A stretch of 64,000 nt of DNA from assembly GCA_027311025.1 (NCBI GenBank), contig DAICZS010000005.1:7784-71783 (forward strand), in the 5' to 3' direction. Shown one piece after another: positions 49,255-57,739 of the stretch. A program made the position numbers and the translations under genes. Origin of the DNA: Ferrovaceae bacterium. Its GTDB lineage: Bacteria > Pseudomonadota > Gammaproteobacteria > Burkholderiales > Ferrovaceae. How positions within the stretch are numbered: the stretch's first letter is position 1; the number at the start of each line of letters is the position of its first letter. The notes under the pieces were generated by a model. That model was not told where the DNA came from. It was given only the letters and a program-made list of their open reading frames with translations, and did no database searches.

Positions 49255-51459
49255 CTATCGCTTTCTGGACTTTTTGGTGGCGCCGCCAGGCTGGGCAACG
49301 GATTGTGGCACGAAGTCGATCTTGTTGGTCTCCATGTCCACCCTAACCAGTTGCACGGCAATGCGATCGCCCAGGCGATAGCGCTGCCCGGTGCGTTCGC
49401 CCAGCAATTGATGGCGAGTCGCGTCGAACTGAAAATAATCGCTGCCCAGCTCGGAGATGTGCACCAGTCCTTCCACATAAACCTCATCCAATGCCACAAA
49501 CAACCCGAAGCCCGTCACGGAACTGACCGTTCCGTTGAACACGTTGCCCACCTTGTCTTTCATGAAGAAGCACTTGAGCCAGGCCTCCACGTCACGCGTG
49601 GCTTCGTCAGCACGGCGTTCCGTCATGGAACAGTGCACGCCGATGGCCTTCCAGTCTCCCGGAGCATAGGTTTCCTGGGCCAGAACGGCACGAATGGACC
49701 GATGTACCAGCAAATCAGGGTAGCGACGGATGGGTGAAGTAAAGTGTGCGTAGGCAGCGTAAGCCAATCCAAAGTGCCCCACGTTTTCAGGGCTGTATTG
49801 GGCTTGTTGCAAGGAACGCAGCAACACCGTCTCCAGCAGGCGCTGGTCCGGGCGGCCCTGGATTTTGTGAATCAACCTGGCGTAGTCCGCGGCCTGCGGT
49901 TCGTCGCCACCTGACAACTGCAATCCCAACTCGCCCAGAAACTCCCGCACAATCTCCAGGCGTTCAGGAGCAGGCGCAGGGTGGATGCGATAGAGTGTGG
50001 TGTGGTTATGCTCTTGCAGGAAGTGAGCAGCGCTCACGTTGGCCGCCAACATGCATTCTTCGATCAGACGATGAGCATCATTGCGCTCCACTGGCAGGAT
50101 GGTTTCAATCTTGCCACGGTCGTCAAACACCATGCGGGTTTCGTCACTGGCAAAATCGATGGCACCGCGGGCTGCACGCGCTTTCAAAAAGACGCGAAAC
50201 AGGGCTTCGAGCTGCTGCAGGTGGGGCACAATCGCGCGACGCGAGCTGTCGGCGCGTTCAGGATGTTCGAGGATGGCAGCCACTTCCGTATAGGTCAGGC
50301 GCGCATGGGAATGCATCACAGCAGGGTAGAACTTGTATTTCCGGATTTCGCCCTGTTCCGATATGTGCATGTCGCAGACCATGCACAAGCGGTCCACTGC
50401 CGGATTGAGCGAGCAGAGCCCATTGCTCAATGCCTCAGGCAGCATGGGAATGACCCGGCGCGGAAAGTAAACGCTGTTGCCGCGTTCATAGGCCGTCTGG
50501 TCCAACGCGTCCTTGGGCCGGACATAATGGGATACATCGGCAATCGCCACCACCAGCCGGTGTCCTCCACCAGGCAACGGTTCGGCATAAACCGCATCAT
50601 CAAAATCCTTGGCCGTTTCACCATCAATGGTCACCAGCGGCATCTGGCGCAGGTCCTCGCGACCCTTGAGGTCTGACTTGCGCACCGCATCAGGCAGCTT
50701 GTCAGCCAACGCCTGGGCTGCTGGGGAAAACTCATGGGGCAGCTCATGCTTGCGCAGGGCGATCTCCACTTCCATACCCGGATCGGCGTAGTTACCTACG
50801 ATTTCCACGACCTTGGCAATGGGTTCAGCCTGGCGACTGGGTTGCTTCATGAGCTCGACCATGACCACCTGGCCGGGTTTTGCTCCTCCTTCCTGTCCTG
50901 GTGCCACCAGAATGTCCTGGCTGATGCGCTTGTTCTCGGCTACGGCAAACAGGACGCCCTGCTCCTGGAACAAGCGCGCTACGAGGCGCGTGTTGACGTG
51001 CTCCAGAATCTCCACGATTGATCCTTCGGGTCGACCACGCTGGTCCACACCGATGGTACGCACCATGACCCTGTCGCCATGCAGCACCCGTTGCATTTCG
51101 CGAGCGCCGAGGAAAATGTCGCTGCCTCCATCCTCGCGAATGGCAAACCCAAAGCCGTCAGGGTGGCCCTCCACGCGCGCCTTGATGAGATCGAGTTTGG
51201 CGGGAAGGCAGAGCGCATTTTTGCGATTGCGCATGATCTGGCCTTCGCGTTCCATGGCACGCAGGCGCCGCGAAAACAGTTCGCGCTCGCCGGCTGTGAT
51301 CGTCAGGAGACGTTCCAGTTGTTCCACCGTGAGGGGTACGCCTTCTTGCTCCAGCAACTGCAAAATGAATTCGCGGCTGGGTAAAGGTTCGGGATATTGG
51401 GCCTTTTCACGCTCCAGAAACGGGTCCTGAAGCCTCAAAGGTATTTTTTTGGTTGACAA
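49255..51459 (-). CDS. rnr: ribonuclease R
   Basis: 734 aa. RNB catalytic domain (DGETAKDFDDA) and a C-terminal S1 domain with a basic tail. The start codon read from the sequence is TTG (ttg tca acc aaa aaa). Confidence 0.93.
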   Translation of the reverse strand: MSTKKIPLRLQDPFLEREKAQYPEPLPSREFILQLLEQEGVPLTVEQLERLLTITAGERELFSRRLRAMEREGQIMRNRKNALCLPAKLDLIKARVEGHPDGFGFAIREDGGSDIFLGAREMQRVLHGDRVMVRTIGVDQRGRPEGSIVEILEHVNTRLVARLFQEQGVLFAVAENKRISQDILVAPGQEGGAKPGQVVMVELMKQPSRQAEPIAKVVEIVGNYADPGMEVEIALRKHELPHEFSPAAQALADKLPDAVRKSDLKGREDLRQMPLVTIDGETAKDFDDAVYAEPLPGGGHRLVVAIADVSHYVRPKDALDQTAYERGNSVYFPRRVIPMLPEALSNGLCSLNPAVDRLCMVCDMHISEQGEIRKYKFYPAVMHSHARLTYTEVAAILEHPERADSSRRAIVPHLQQLEALFRVFLKARAARGAIDFASDETRMVFDDRGKIETILPVERNDAHRLIEECMLAANVSAAHFLQEHNHTTLYRIHPAPAPERLEIVREFLGELGLQLSGGDEPQAADYARLIHKIQGRPDQRLLETVLLRSLQQAQYSPENVGHFGLAYAAYAHFTSPIRRYPDLLVHRSIRAVLAQETYAPGDWKAIGVHCSMTERRADEATRDVEAWLKCFFMKDKVGNVFNGTVSSVTGFGLFVALDEVYVEGLVHISELGSDYFQFDATRHQLLGERTGQRYRLGDRIAVQLVRVDMETNKIDFVPQSVAQPGGATKKSRKR

Positions 51460-51540
51460 AATAAGGGGATCCTTTAAAATTCTGAGATTCGAAGTTCTCG
51501 ATTGTACTGATCACTGATCAGTCGGTCTTGTAAGTTTCGT

Positions 51541-51627
51541 GCCGAGATGGCGGAATTGGTAGACGCACCAGGTTCAGGTCCTGGCGGTGGCAACACTGTG
51601 GAGGTTCGAGTCCTCTTCTCGGCACCA
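51541..51627 (+). tRNA. tRNA-Leu (anticodon CAG)
   Basis: GCCGAGATGGCGGAATTGGTAGACGCACCAGGTTCAGGTCCTGGCGGTGGCAACACTGTGGAGGTTCGAGTCCTCTTCTCGGCACCA. Long variable arm. Anticodon loop TTCAGGT. Confidence 0.93.
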
Positions 51628-51778
51628 CCCTCGGCTCTAGTCGCGCAGTTAACTCCTACAGCAGGTTGCTAGTATCTCACTTACACCTGCTGCTTGCCAT
51701 GACTATCAACAAGGATAGCCCATGACGCCCTCCCTGCGAGGAGCGCCACGGGCGTTTTACAGCTCCTGGTTTTCCCGA

Positions 51779-52975
51779 TCAGACGTAGGTCAAGCCGTGT
51801 TGTGCCAGTCCCACGAGGCCAATATGGTCCTGGTTGATCTGGGTGGTCGCAGCAAGCGCCAGCAGCCCTGCCTGGCTGTAGGTGCCGTTATCCAGCAACC
51901 CCTTGAAAGTGGCCAGGTTGGTGGCGTCAATAGGCGAGCCCACGACGTTCAACCAAACTGCCTGTACGAAGGAAGCGTTGTCATGCAGCGTACTCACGGC
52001 CCCTGTATTGATGGCCAATTGGGCCACTTGGGCCATGGTCATGCCTGAATCGAACAGCTGCAACCCAATGCCAACATAGGACGGGTTCTTGGTAATGGAA
52101 GCTGCGCCAAAGGCCGCACCCAGTATTTCTGCAGTTTGTCCGCCGGACTGCGTGGTTCCCGTATCAAAGGCGAGGGAGACATCAGAAAACTTGATGCGCT
52201 GAATATTGACCAGTGCGTCCGTACCCTGGGCCCCTGTGGTGTCTTGCACGGTCAATCCGCTGGTTGTGTGGGTAATGGTGAAGTTGGCGGACTTGCCGTT
52301 GTAGATCACCGTGTTGATCCCACCGCTGCCGCCCGTAAAACTGTCGTTGCCCGGACTGCTGGTAAAGGTGTTGTTGCCTGGTTTTCCTGTAACGTTGAAT
52401 GCCGAGGCAACGGTCAGGTTAAAGGTATCCGTGACGCTCAGGTTGAGTGAATCCGTCATCTTGATGCTGATGCTGTAGGTGCCAGTACCCGGCGGGGTGC
52501 CGCTGAGCGTGTCAGCAGCCGGATCAAAAGTCAGCCACGAAGGCAGCGCCGCACCGCTGGACAGGGTGGCGTTGTAGCTGGGGGTGGCGCCCACATTGGG
52601 ATCGCTGAAGGTACTGGCGGGAACCACCAGTTTGAAGGGCATCCCGTAGACTGCAGACTGGTCGGCAATGAGGGTTGCAACCGAAGGGGGCACCGTGCCG
52701 AAATACGTGTTGAGGTTGACGGTCACGGTATCGCTATTGAACTTGAGATACTGAATATCCTTGAGTGTCAGGTTGTACGGGCTGCTGGCACCCGACACCG
52801 AATCCACGGTCACTGACTTGTCAGGGTTTTGAATGATGGTGAAGTTGGACTGCAGCCCCTGCAGAAAATCCACCGTATTGTTGGTGAACGCGGCGTTCCC
52901 GATAATGGTGTAGGTCAACCCTCCTGGAGGAATGTTGGCCAGATTTTGGGCACCGGTGAGTTGAAGTGTCGGCAT
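51779..52975 (-). CDS. hypothetical Thr/Ser/Asn/Gly-rich repeat protein (cadherin-like Ig module, Ca-binding-repeat-like modules, DUF4214-like C-terminus), no signal peptide
   Basis: 398 aa. ATG after GAGGAC. Modules: SGAALPSWLTFDPAADTLSGTPPGTGTYSISI (putative Ig / dystroglycan-type), GNDSFTGGSGGINTVIY...GTDALVNIQRIKFSD, and FVQAVWLNVVGSPIDATNLATFKGLLDNG. Confidence 0.6.
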   Translation of the reverse strand: MPTLQLTGAQNLANIPPGGLTYTIIGNAAFTNNTVDFLQGLQSNFTIIQNPDKSVTVDSVSGASSPYNLTLKDIQYLKFNSDTVTVNLNTYFGTVPPSVATLIADQSAVYGMPFKLVVPASTFSDPNVGATPSYNATLSSGAALPSWLTFDPAADTLSGTPPGTGTYSISIKMTDSLNLSVTDTFNLTVASAFNVTGKPGNNTFTSSPGNDSFTGGSGGINTVIYNGKSANFTITHTTSGLTVQDTTGAQGTDALVNIQRIKFSDVSLAFDTGTTQSGGQTAEILGAAFGAASITKNPSYVGIGLQLFDSGMTMAQVAQLAINTGAVSTLHDNASFVQAVWLNVVGSPIDATNLATFKGLLDNGTYSQAGLLALAATTQINQDHIGLVGLAQHGLTYV

Positions 52976-53009
52976 GGTATTGTCCTCATGAAATCAGAAG
53001 AAATGCGCT

Positions 53010-54824
53010 TCAGAGCGCAAGGTATTGCGTCAGGTGTTCCAGGAATCTGTCGGGTTGTTCATACCCGATGACCCTGCTGTTGGGGACTTCCCTGCCCGCA
53101 GCATCAAAAAAAAGGATCCCTGGCGGGCCAAACAAGCTGAATCTCTTCATCAGCGCGCGATCGTCTGCTGTGTTGGCCGTGACATCCACCTGCACGAGCG
53201 TGATGCCACGCAAATGGCTTGCAACCGCTGGATTGCTGAACGTGAAACGCTCCATCTCCTTGCACGACACGCACCAGTCCGCATAAAAATCCAGCATGAC
53301 GGGGTTCCGGGTCGTGGACAGGACCTGGTCCAGCTGGGAGATCGACGAGATGCGCTGAAAGGAAACGGCCTTTTCGGTCGGGGCGTTGCCAGTGGCCAAG
53401 GACTTGAACCCTTCCAGGGGCTGCAGCACATCAACGCCTCCGACGGCAGCACCCGCCAATTCAAAAATGCCGACGATGAAAGCCAGAATGCCCAGCGATC
53501 TCGAAAACCGTCGTGCCACCGAAACCTGGTCGGGGGGAGTATCGAAAATTCGCAGGAATACCGCGCACAAGATCGCGAAAGCGCCCCACATTGCAAGGAC
53601 AGCTGGTGCCGGCAGAATGGGTTGAACCATCCAGAGTGCGACCGCCATCAACATCAAGCCAAAAGTGTGCTTGACCGCGACCATCCAGGCCCCGGCGCGG
53701 GGCAAAAGCCGCCCTGCCGACAGCCCGATCAGCAACAGAGGTACGCTCATGCCCATGGCCATGGAAAAAAGGGCCAACCCGCCCAATACCACATCGTGGG
53801 TTTGGCTGATGTAAATCAGCGCGCCGGCAAGTGGGCCGGCCACACAGGGCCCCACGATCAGGGCAGAAAATCCGCCCATCACGAACACGCTAAGCGTTCG
53901 CCCACCCTGCAAGCGATTGCTGATCTGGTTCAGGCGCCCTTGAAATGCACTGGGCATCTGCAACTGGTACACGTCAAACAGGGACAGGGACATGGCAAAC
54001 AGCAATGAGGCAAACAACAGCAACACCCAGGGCTTTTGCAAGGCACCCGCAAGCCCCTCACCAGCAAGCCCCGCAGCGATGCCGAACAGGGTGTATACCA
54101 GCGCCATGCCCAGGCAATAGGAAAGCGCCAGCGTAAAGCTGCGCGCACGCGTCACCTCACGCTCGCCCACCACGATGGCAGCCAGAATGGGGACCATCGG
54201 GAGCACACAGGGGGTAAAGGACAACAAAAGCCCAAAGATCATGAAGGCAAAACCAATGGTCCACAGGCTGCCGCTGGCGAAAATCTGATGCACCGTGGAG
54301 GGTTGTTCCTGAACGGAAGCGCTGTTCTGCGCGACAGGCTGGAATACAGCCCCCTCCTCTGCCAGTGCGGTCAATGCGCCAGACTGCCCGGGGCTCAAGC
54401 GAAACCGTCGTTCCACCGGCGGATAACACAATCCTGCTTCAGCGCAACCCTGGTACGACACGGCCATGAGCGCGGATTCGCCCTGCAGTTCCACAGGGAC
54501 AGCCACATCGAGTTTCTGGTGGTAGATCTCTACATCCTGATCGAAATTGTCGTCGTGAACGCGGAACCCCTTGGGCAACACAATATTGCCCAGGGTCGCC
54601 CCGCCGCCCACGGCAGCCAGGTGCACGCGACCCCGATATAGCTTGTAGCCTGGAGCAATGTCCCAGTGAAGCAACAGCCGATGCTCTGGCGTATAACTGG
54701 CGCTCAGTCGAAAAGCCGATTCCGGGCTGAGGAATTCGTCGGAAGCACTGGCAGAATGACCAAAGAGCAGGGCCAGCATCGCACCCAGCAAGGCAATTTG
54801 GATGAGTGAATGGAGTCTATTCAT
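53010..54824 (-). CDS. dsbD: thiol:disulfide interchange protein DsbD (transmembrane electron conduit)
   Basis: ATG 54824 (MNRLHSLIQIALLGAMLALLFGHSASA). Three Cys pairs: nDsbD GCAEAGLCYPP, TM FTPCVLPM, and C-terminal thioredoxin DWCVSCKE. Confidence 0.9.
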   Translation of the reverse strand: MNRLHSLIQIALLGAMLALLFGHSASASDEFLSPESAFRLSASYTPEHRLLLHWDIAPGYKLYRGRVHLAAVGGGATLGNIVLPKGFRVHDDNFDQDVEIYHQKLDVAVPVELQGESALMAVSYQGCAEAGLCYPPVERRFRLSPGQSGALTALAEEGAVFQPVAQNSASVQEQPSTVHQIFASGSLWTIGFAFMIFGLLLSFTPCVLPMVPILAAIVVGEREVTRARSFTLALSYCLGMALVYTLFGIAAGLAGEGLAGALQKPWVLLLFASLLFAMSLSLFDVYQLQMPSAFQGRLNQISNRLQGGRTLSVFVMGGFSALIVGPCVAGPLAGALIYISQTHDVVLGGLALFSMAMGMSVPLLLIGLSAGRLLPRAGAWMVAVKHTFGLMLMAVALWMVQPILPAPAVLAMWGAFAILCAVFLRIFDTPPDQVSVARRFSRSLGILAFIVGIFELAGAAVGGVDVLQPLEGFKSLATGNAPTEKAVSFQRISSISQLDQVLSTTRNPVMLDFYADWCVSCKEMERFTFSNPAVASHLRGITLVQVDVTANTADDRALMKRFSLFGPPGILFFDAAGREVPNSRVIGYEQPDRFLEHLTQYLAL

Positions 54825-54831
54825 GAGGGTG

Positions 54832-55740
54832 TCAGGCTGTGGCTGGTGTAACGCTGGTGGCGTTGCGAAAGGTGTTTCCATGGTGATCGATGGCAAAATA
54901 GGGAAAGCCCGTTTCGTTCAAAAAGGCCAGGCCATCCTTCTCCTTGAGCATGGCGATGGTGGTGCAGCTACCTGCGGCAATCGCAAGCGGAGCCAGCACG
55001 CTCACCGAACGCCAGTGAGAGACCGGCATCCCCGTTTTGGGATTGAGGATGTGGCAATAGCGACGCCCATCGCGTTCGAAGAAACGCTCATAATCCCCAC
55101 TGGTAGCCAGGGCGCCGCCCGACATGGGAATGGTGGCAATGAGCTGGCGCTCCCTGGGATGCTGTATTCCGAAAGACCAGGCGCTGCTGTCGGGCTTGGG
55201 GCCGATCACACGGATGTCTCCTCCCAGATTGACGTAGCCATGGGCAATGCCGGCATCGATGAGGATCTGGGCGGCACGGTCAGCGGCGTATTCCTTGCCA
55301 AACCCACCAAAATCGATTTCCATGCCCGTCCTGGACAGCCTGACGTTGTCGCTCTTCAAATCCACATGGGACCAGCCGATTTTGTCCAGCAGCGGGCGCA
55401 ATTCATTCTGATCTGGAACGCGCGGTGTATTGAAGTTCCAGGCGCGGCGCAGGATGCCTGAGGTGATGTCGAACAATCCTGCACTCGTGCGGTACAAGGT
55501 ATCGGCATACCGAAGCAAATGCAGCGTTTCCTCGTCACAGGCCACCCATCCCAATCCTGCGGCAGCGTTGATTTTCGACACCACACTGTCCTTCAGGTAC
55601 CTTGAATACTTCGTCTCGATGCGCAGTACTTCGTCGATGGCGTGTTGCGCCTTCAGTGCGGCTTCTGCTTCCGTGGCGTCAGCCAGTGCGATTTCACACG
55701 CACAGGCCATGGCTTTGAATTGGCGGACGGTAACGTTCAT
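54832..55740 (-). CDS. apbE: FAD:protein FMN transferase (ApbE family)
   Basis: ATG 55740, 1 nt after the DUF3570 stop. ApbE blocks FGGFGKEYAADRA, NLGGDIRVIG and LATSGDYERFF..DGRRYCHILNPKTGMP. No N-terminal hydrophobic signal. Confidence 0.88.
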   Translation of the reverse strand: MNVTVRQFKAMACACEIALADATEAEAALKAQHAIDEVLRIETKYSRYLKDSVVSKINAAAGLGWVACDEETLHLLRYADTLYRTSAGLFDITSGILRRAWNFNTPRVPDQNELRPLLDKIGWSHVDLKSDNVRLSRTGMEIDFGGFGKEYAADRAAQILIDAGIAHGYVNLGGDIRVIGPKPDSSAWSFGIQHPRERQLIATIPMSGGALATSGDYERFFERDGRRYCHILNPKTGMPVSHWRSVSVLAPLAIAAGSCTTIAMLKEKDGLAFLNETGFPYFAIDHHGNTFRNATSVTPATA

Positions 55741-55741
55741 G

Positions 55742-56923
55742 TCAGAAAAGACAGGACAATCCAAACTGGATGCTGCGCGCACGGAATGGATCCAGCGGAA
55801 CGCTGTTGCCCATCACGCTCCAGTTATTACGCTGTTCATACTGCTCGTACTTGATGTCGGCCAGCCAGTCTGAACCAATCTTTTTGGAGACCTTGAACCC
55901 CAGCGTGATGGCGCCGAACGAAGAGAGTCGTTGATCCAGCGAATAGTAGGTGGAGCCATAACTTGGAAACGTGGGATAAGGTCGCGCCGTAGGGTCTGGT
56001 TCAAGGTAGAACCAGGCGGCTGACTGCGAGTAGAGACGAACTTCAGGAGTCAGCATCCATCCCGATGCGGTGGGCTGATCGTAGGATGCGTTCAGCGTAT
56101 GCGCGCGGATGTCGTAGGTGTCACTGTAATACCGATAAGACAGATGCCCGGTTCCCTCCGTGGCATGGAAGAAGTGGTTCCAGAGCAGCATGGCGGTGGT
56201 ATGGTTGCGTGATCTGGGCCGATTGTCGAAGATCTTGTAGGGGTCTGAAAAATAGCCGTCACCCATGGAATGCCCCAAATCGAACTGGGCAATGTCCTGG
56301 GGAGTGAAGACCTGGGTCACACCCGCGAGCATGTCCAGAACATGCTTGCGCTCCCCTATCACGATCTTGTTGACTGGGTTGATTTCATCATTGGACACCG
56401 CAGTGCCGAAATTGAAGGTGGTGTTCTTGTCTTCCGTGGAAAGCGTGCCCTGTGCTGAAAGCCCTTGGGAAATGTAGTCCGACTCCTTGGAATATGAGGC
56501 CCCGACGGTAGCTGTGCCTTGTGAAAAATAGCGTGTCAGTGAGACATCCTCGGCGCGACGCAAATCGTGCATTTTTGGAAACTTGCCGTTGCTGTCGTAG
56601 GTGTAATAGCGCGGCGAAGCGCCTGAAATGGAGTCCGTGGTGTAGGTTCCCGTCACCGCCCATTCCCCTGCAAGGGGCACCATCACCATGGCCGAAGTGG
56701 CGCCCACATGGATTCTGTTTTCGCCCGGTTGGCTGTCCTGATAGTCCAGGTAACGCAGGCTCATCAGACCACGATCAGGGGCAATCTCCGCCACAGCTGG
56801 CTTGAGTGTCATCAAACTCATGGCAGCGAGCAAAATCGCCGGGCCAGAAGCTGAAGCGTTACTTGCCGATGCCCTGGCAGGTTTCAGGAGGTGGCGAACC
56901 TGCTTCAATTTCCTCAGTTGCAT
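55742..56923 (-). CDS. DUF3570-family protein, probable outer-membrane beta-barrel, candidate ApbE substrate
   Basis: 393 aa. Signal-like ...GPAILLAAMSLMTLKPAVA|E, DSISGAS motif at residues 97-103, alternating beta-strand pattern, and a C-terminal ...IQFGLSCLF with terminal Phe. Confidence 0.75.
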   Translation of the reverse strand: MQLRKLKQVRHLLKPARASASNASASGPAILLAAMSLMTLKPAVAEIAPDRGLMSLRYLDYQDSQPGENRIHVGATSAMVMVPLAGEWAVTGTYTTDSISGASPRYYTYDSNGKFPKMHDLRRAEDVSLTRYFSQGTATVGASYSKESDYISQGLSAQGTLSTEDKNTTFNFGTAVSNDEINPVNKIVIGERKHVLDMLAGVTQVFTPQDIAQFDLGHSMGDGYFSDPYKIFDNRPRSRNHTTAMLLWNHFFHATEGTGHLSYRYYSDTYDIRAHTLNASYDQPTASGWMLTPEVRLYSQSAAWFYLEPDPTARPYPTFPSYGSTYYSLDQRLSSFGAITLGFKVSKKIGSDWLADIKYEQYEQRNNWSVMGNSVPLDPFRARSIQFGLSCLF

Positions 56924-57153
56924 CCGCAGCCTCCGCCACCCACGCCAGAGCCGCCCGAGGCGCCTTCCTTGCTTGAATAAATATGTTCTGTAAAGGCGCT
57001 ATCCAGGGGATCCTGGCCAAACATCATTTCAGGACGCGCCAGATCCCCCTTTTCCCAGGGCTGTACCGGTGCCGTCGTGGCACAGCCCGATAACAGGGCC
57101 AGGAAAACGAAACGCACGCCGCCTCTTCGTACATGAACCCAGTGCGCGTTCAA
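56914..57153 (-). CDS. DUF4266-family small lipoprotein
   Basis: 79 aa. TTG start in a TTGA overlap with the tlpA stop (GTG 57117 is the alternative). Lipobox LLSGC. C-terminal tail GASGGSGVGGGGCGCN. Confidence 0.7.
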   Translation of the reverse strand: MNAHWVHVRRGGVRFVFLALLSGCATTAPVQPWEKGDLARPEMMFGQDPLDSAFTEHIYSSKEGASGGSGVGGGGCGCN

Positions 57154-57656
57154 TTGCGTTGCTCCAGGGCCGAAGTGATGATGCGTTCGAGATCACCACG
57201 ATCCTTGTTGTTAAAGCCCATGTGCTCTGAAATGATCTTTCCGTCACGCCCGATGAGAACACTGGTGGGCATGCCCTTCACCTGATATTTGCGAGGCGTA
57301 TCGCCGTTGGGATCAAAAGCCACGATGAATGAAGCGGGCGTTGTCGAAAGGAACCGACGGCCATCTTCCGACTTCATGTCGAGGTTGATGCCGATCACCT
57401 GGAGCCCTTGCTTTCCGTATTTCGCCTGCATTTCATTCATCCAGGGAAAGGATTGCTTGCACGGTCCACACCAGGAAGCCCAGAAATCCAGATAAACCAG
57501 CTTGCCGCGGTATTGGTCCAGATTGACGGCGCCATCTGCTCCGGGTAGCGCAAATTCGGGGGCTGTTCCAGCATTTCCTGCCGAAAATGCTGTCAGGGGG
57601 AAAAACATCAGGCTATTTATCGTTAATACTATGAATAATAATGATATTTTTTTCAT
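57150..57656 (-). CDS. TlpA/ResA-type periplasmic thiol:disulfide oxidoreductase (thioredoxin fold)
   Basis: ATG 57656 (MKKISLLFIVLTINSLMFFPLTAFSA signal). Active site WASWCGPCKQSFP. Confidence 0.85.
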   Translation of the reverse strand: MKKISLLFIVLTINSLMFFPLTAFSAGNAGTAPEFALPGADGAVNLDQYRGKLVYLDFWASWCGPCKQSFPWMNEMQAKYGKQGLQVIGINLDMKSEDGRRFLSTTPASFIVAFDPNGDTPRKYQVKGMPTSVLIGRDGKIISEHMGFNNKDRGDLERIITSALEQRN

Positions 57657-57739
57657 TTTTTCTTTCACCTCTAGCCAGTGGGCGTGTCGTGACACCCCCT
57701 AAGGAAATGCTTCTGTGGATATGTATGGGATTTTTTCCC

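Noticed and set aside
51628-51778. Possible sRNA or terminator in the 151-bp spacer after tRNA-Leu(CAG); 8-bp stem cagcaggt/acctgctg (about 51659-51692)
   Set aside because: The stem has an 18-nt loop and no U-tract on either strand. The listed 108-aa ORF starting at 51722 is antisense to the repeat-protein gene. The evidence is insufficient.
53025-54008. 327-aa plus-strand ORF
   Set aside because: Antisense to dsbD. Extremely Gln/His/Arg/Gly-rich, which is not protein-like.
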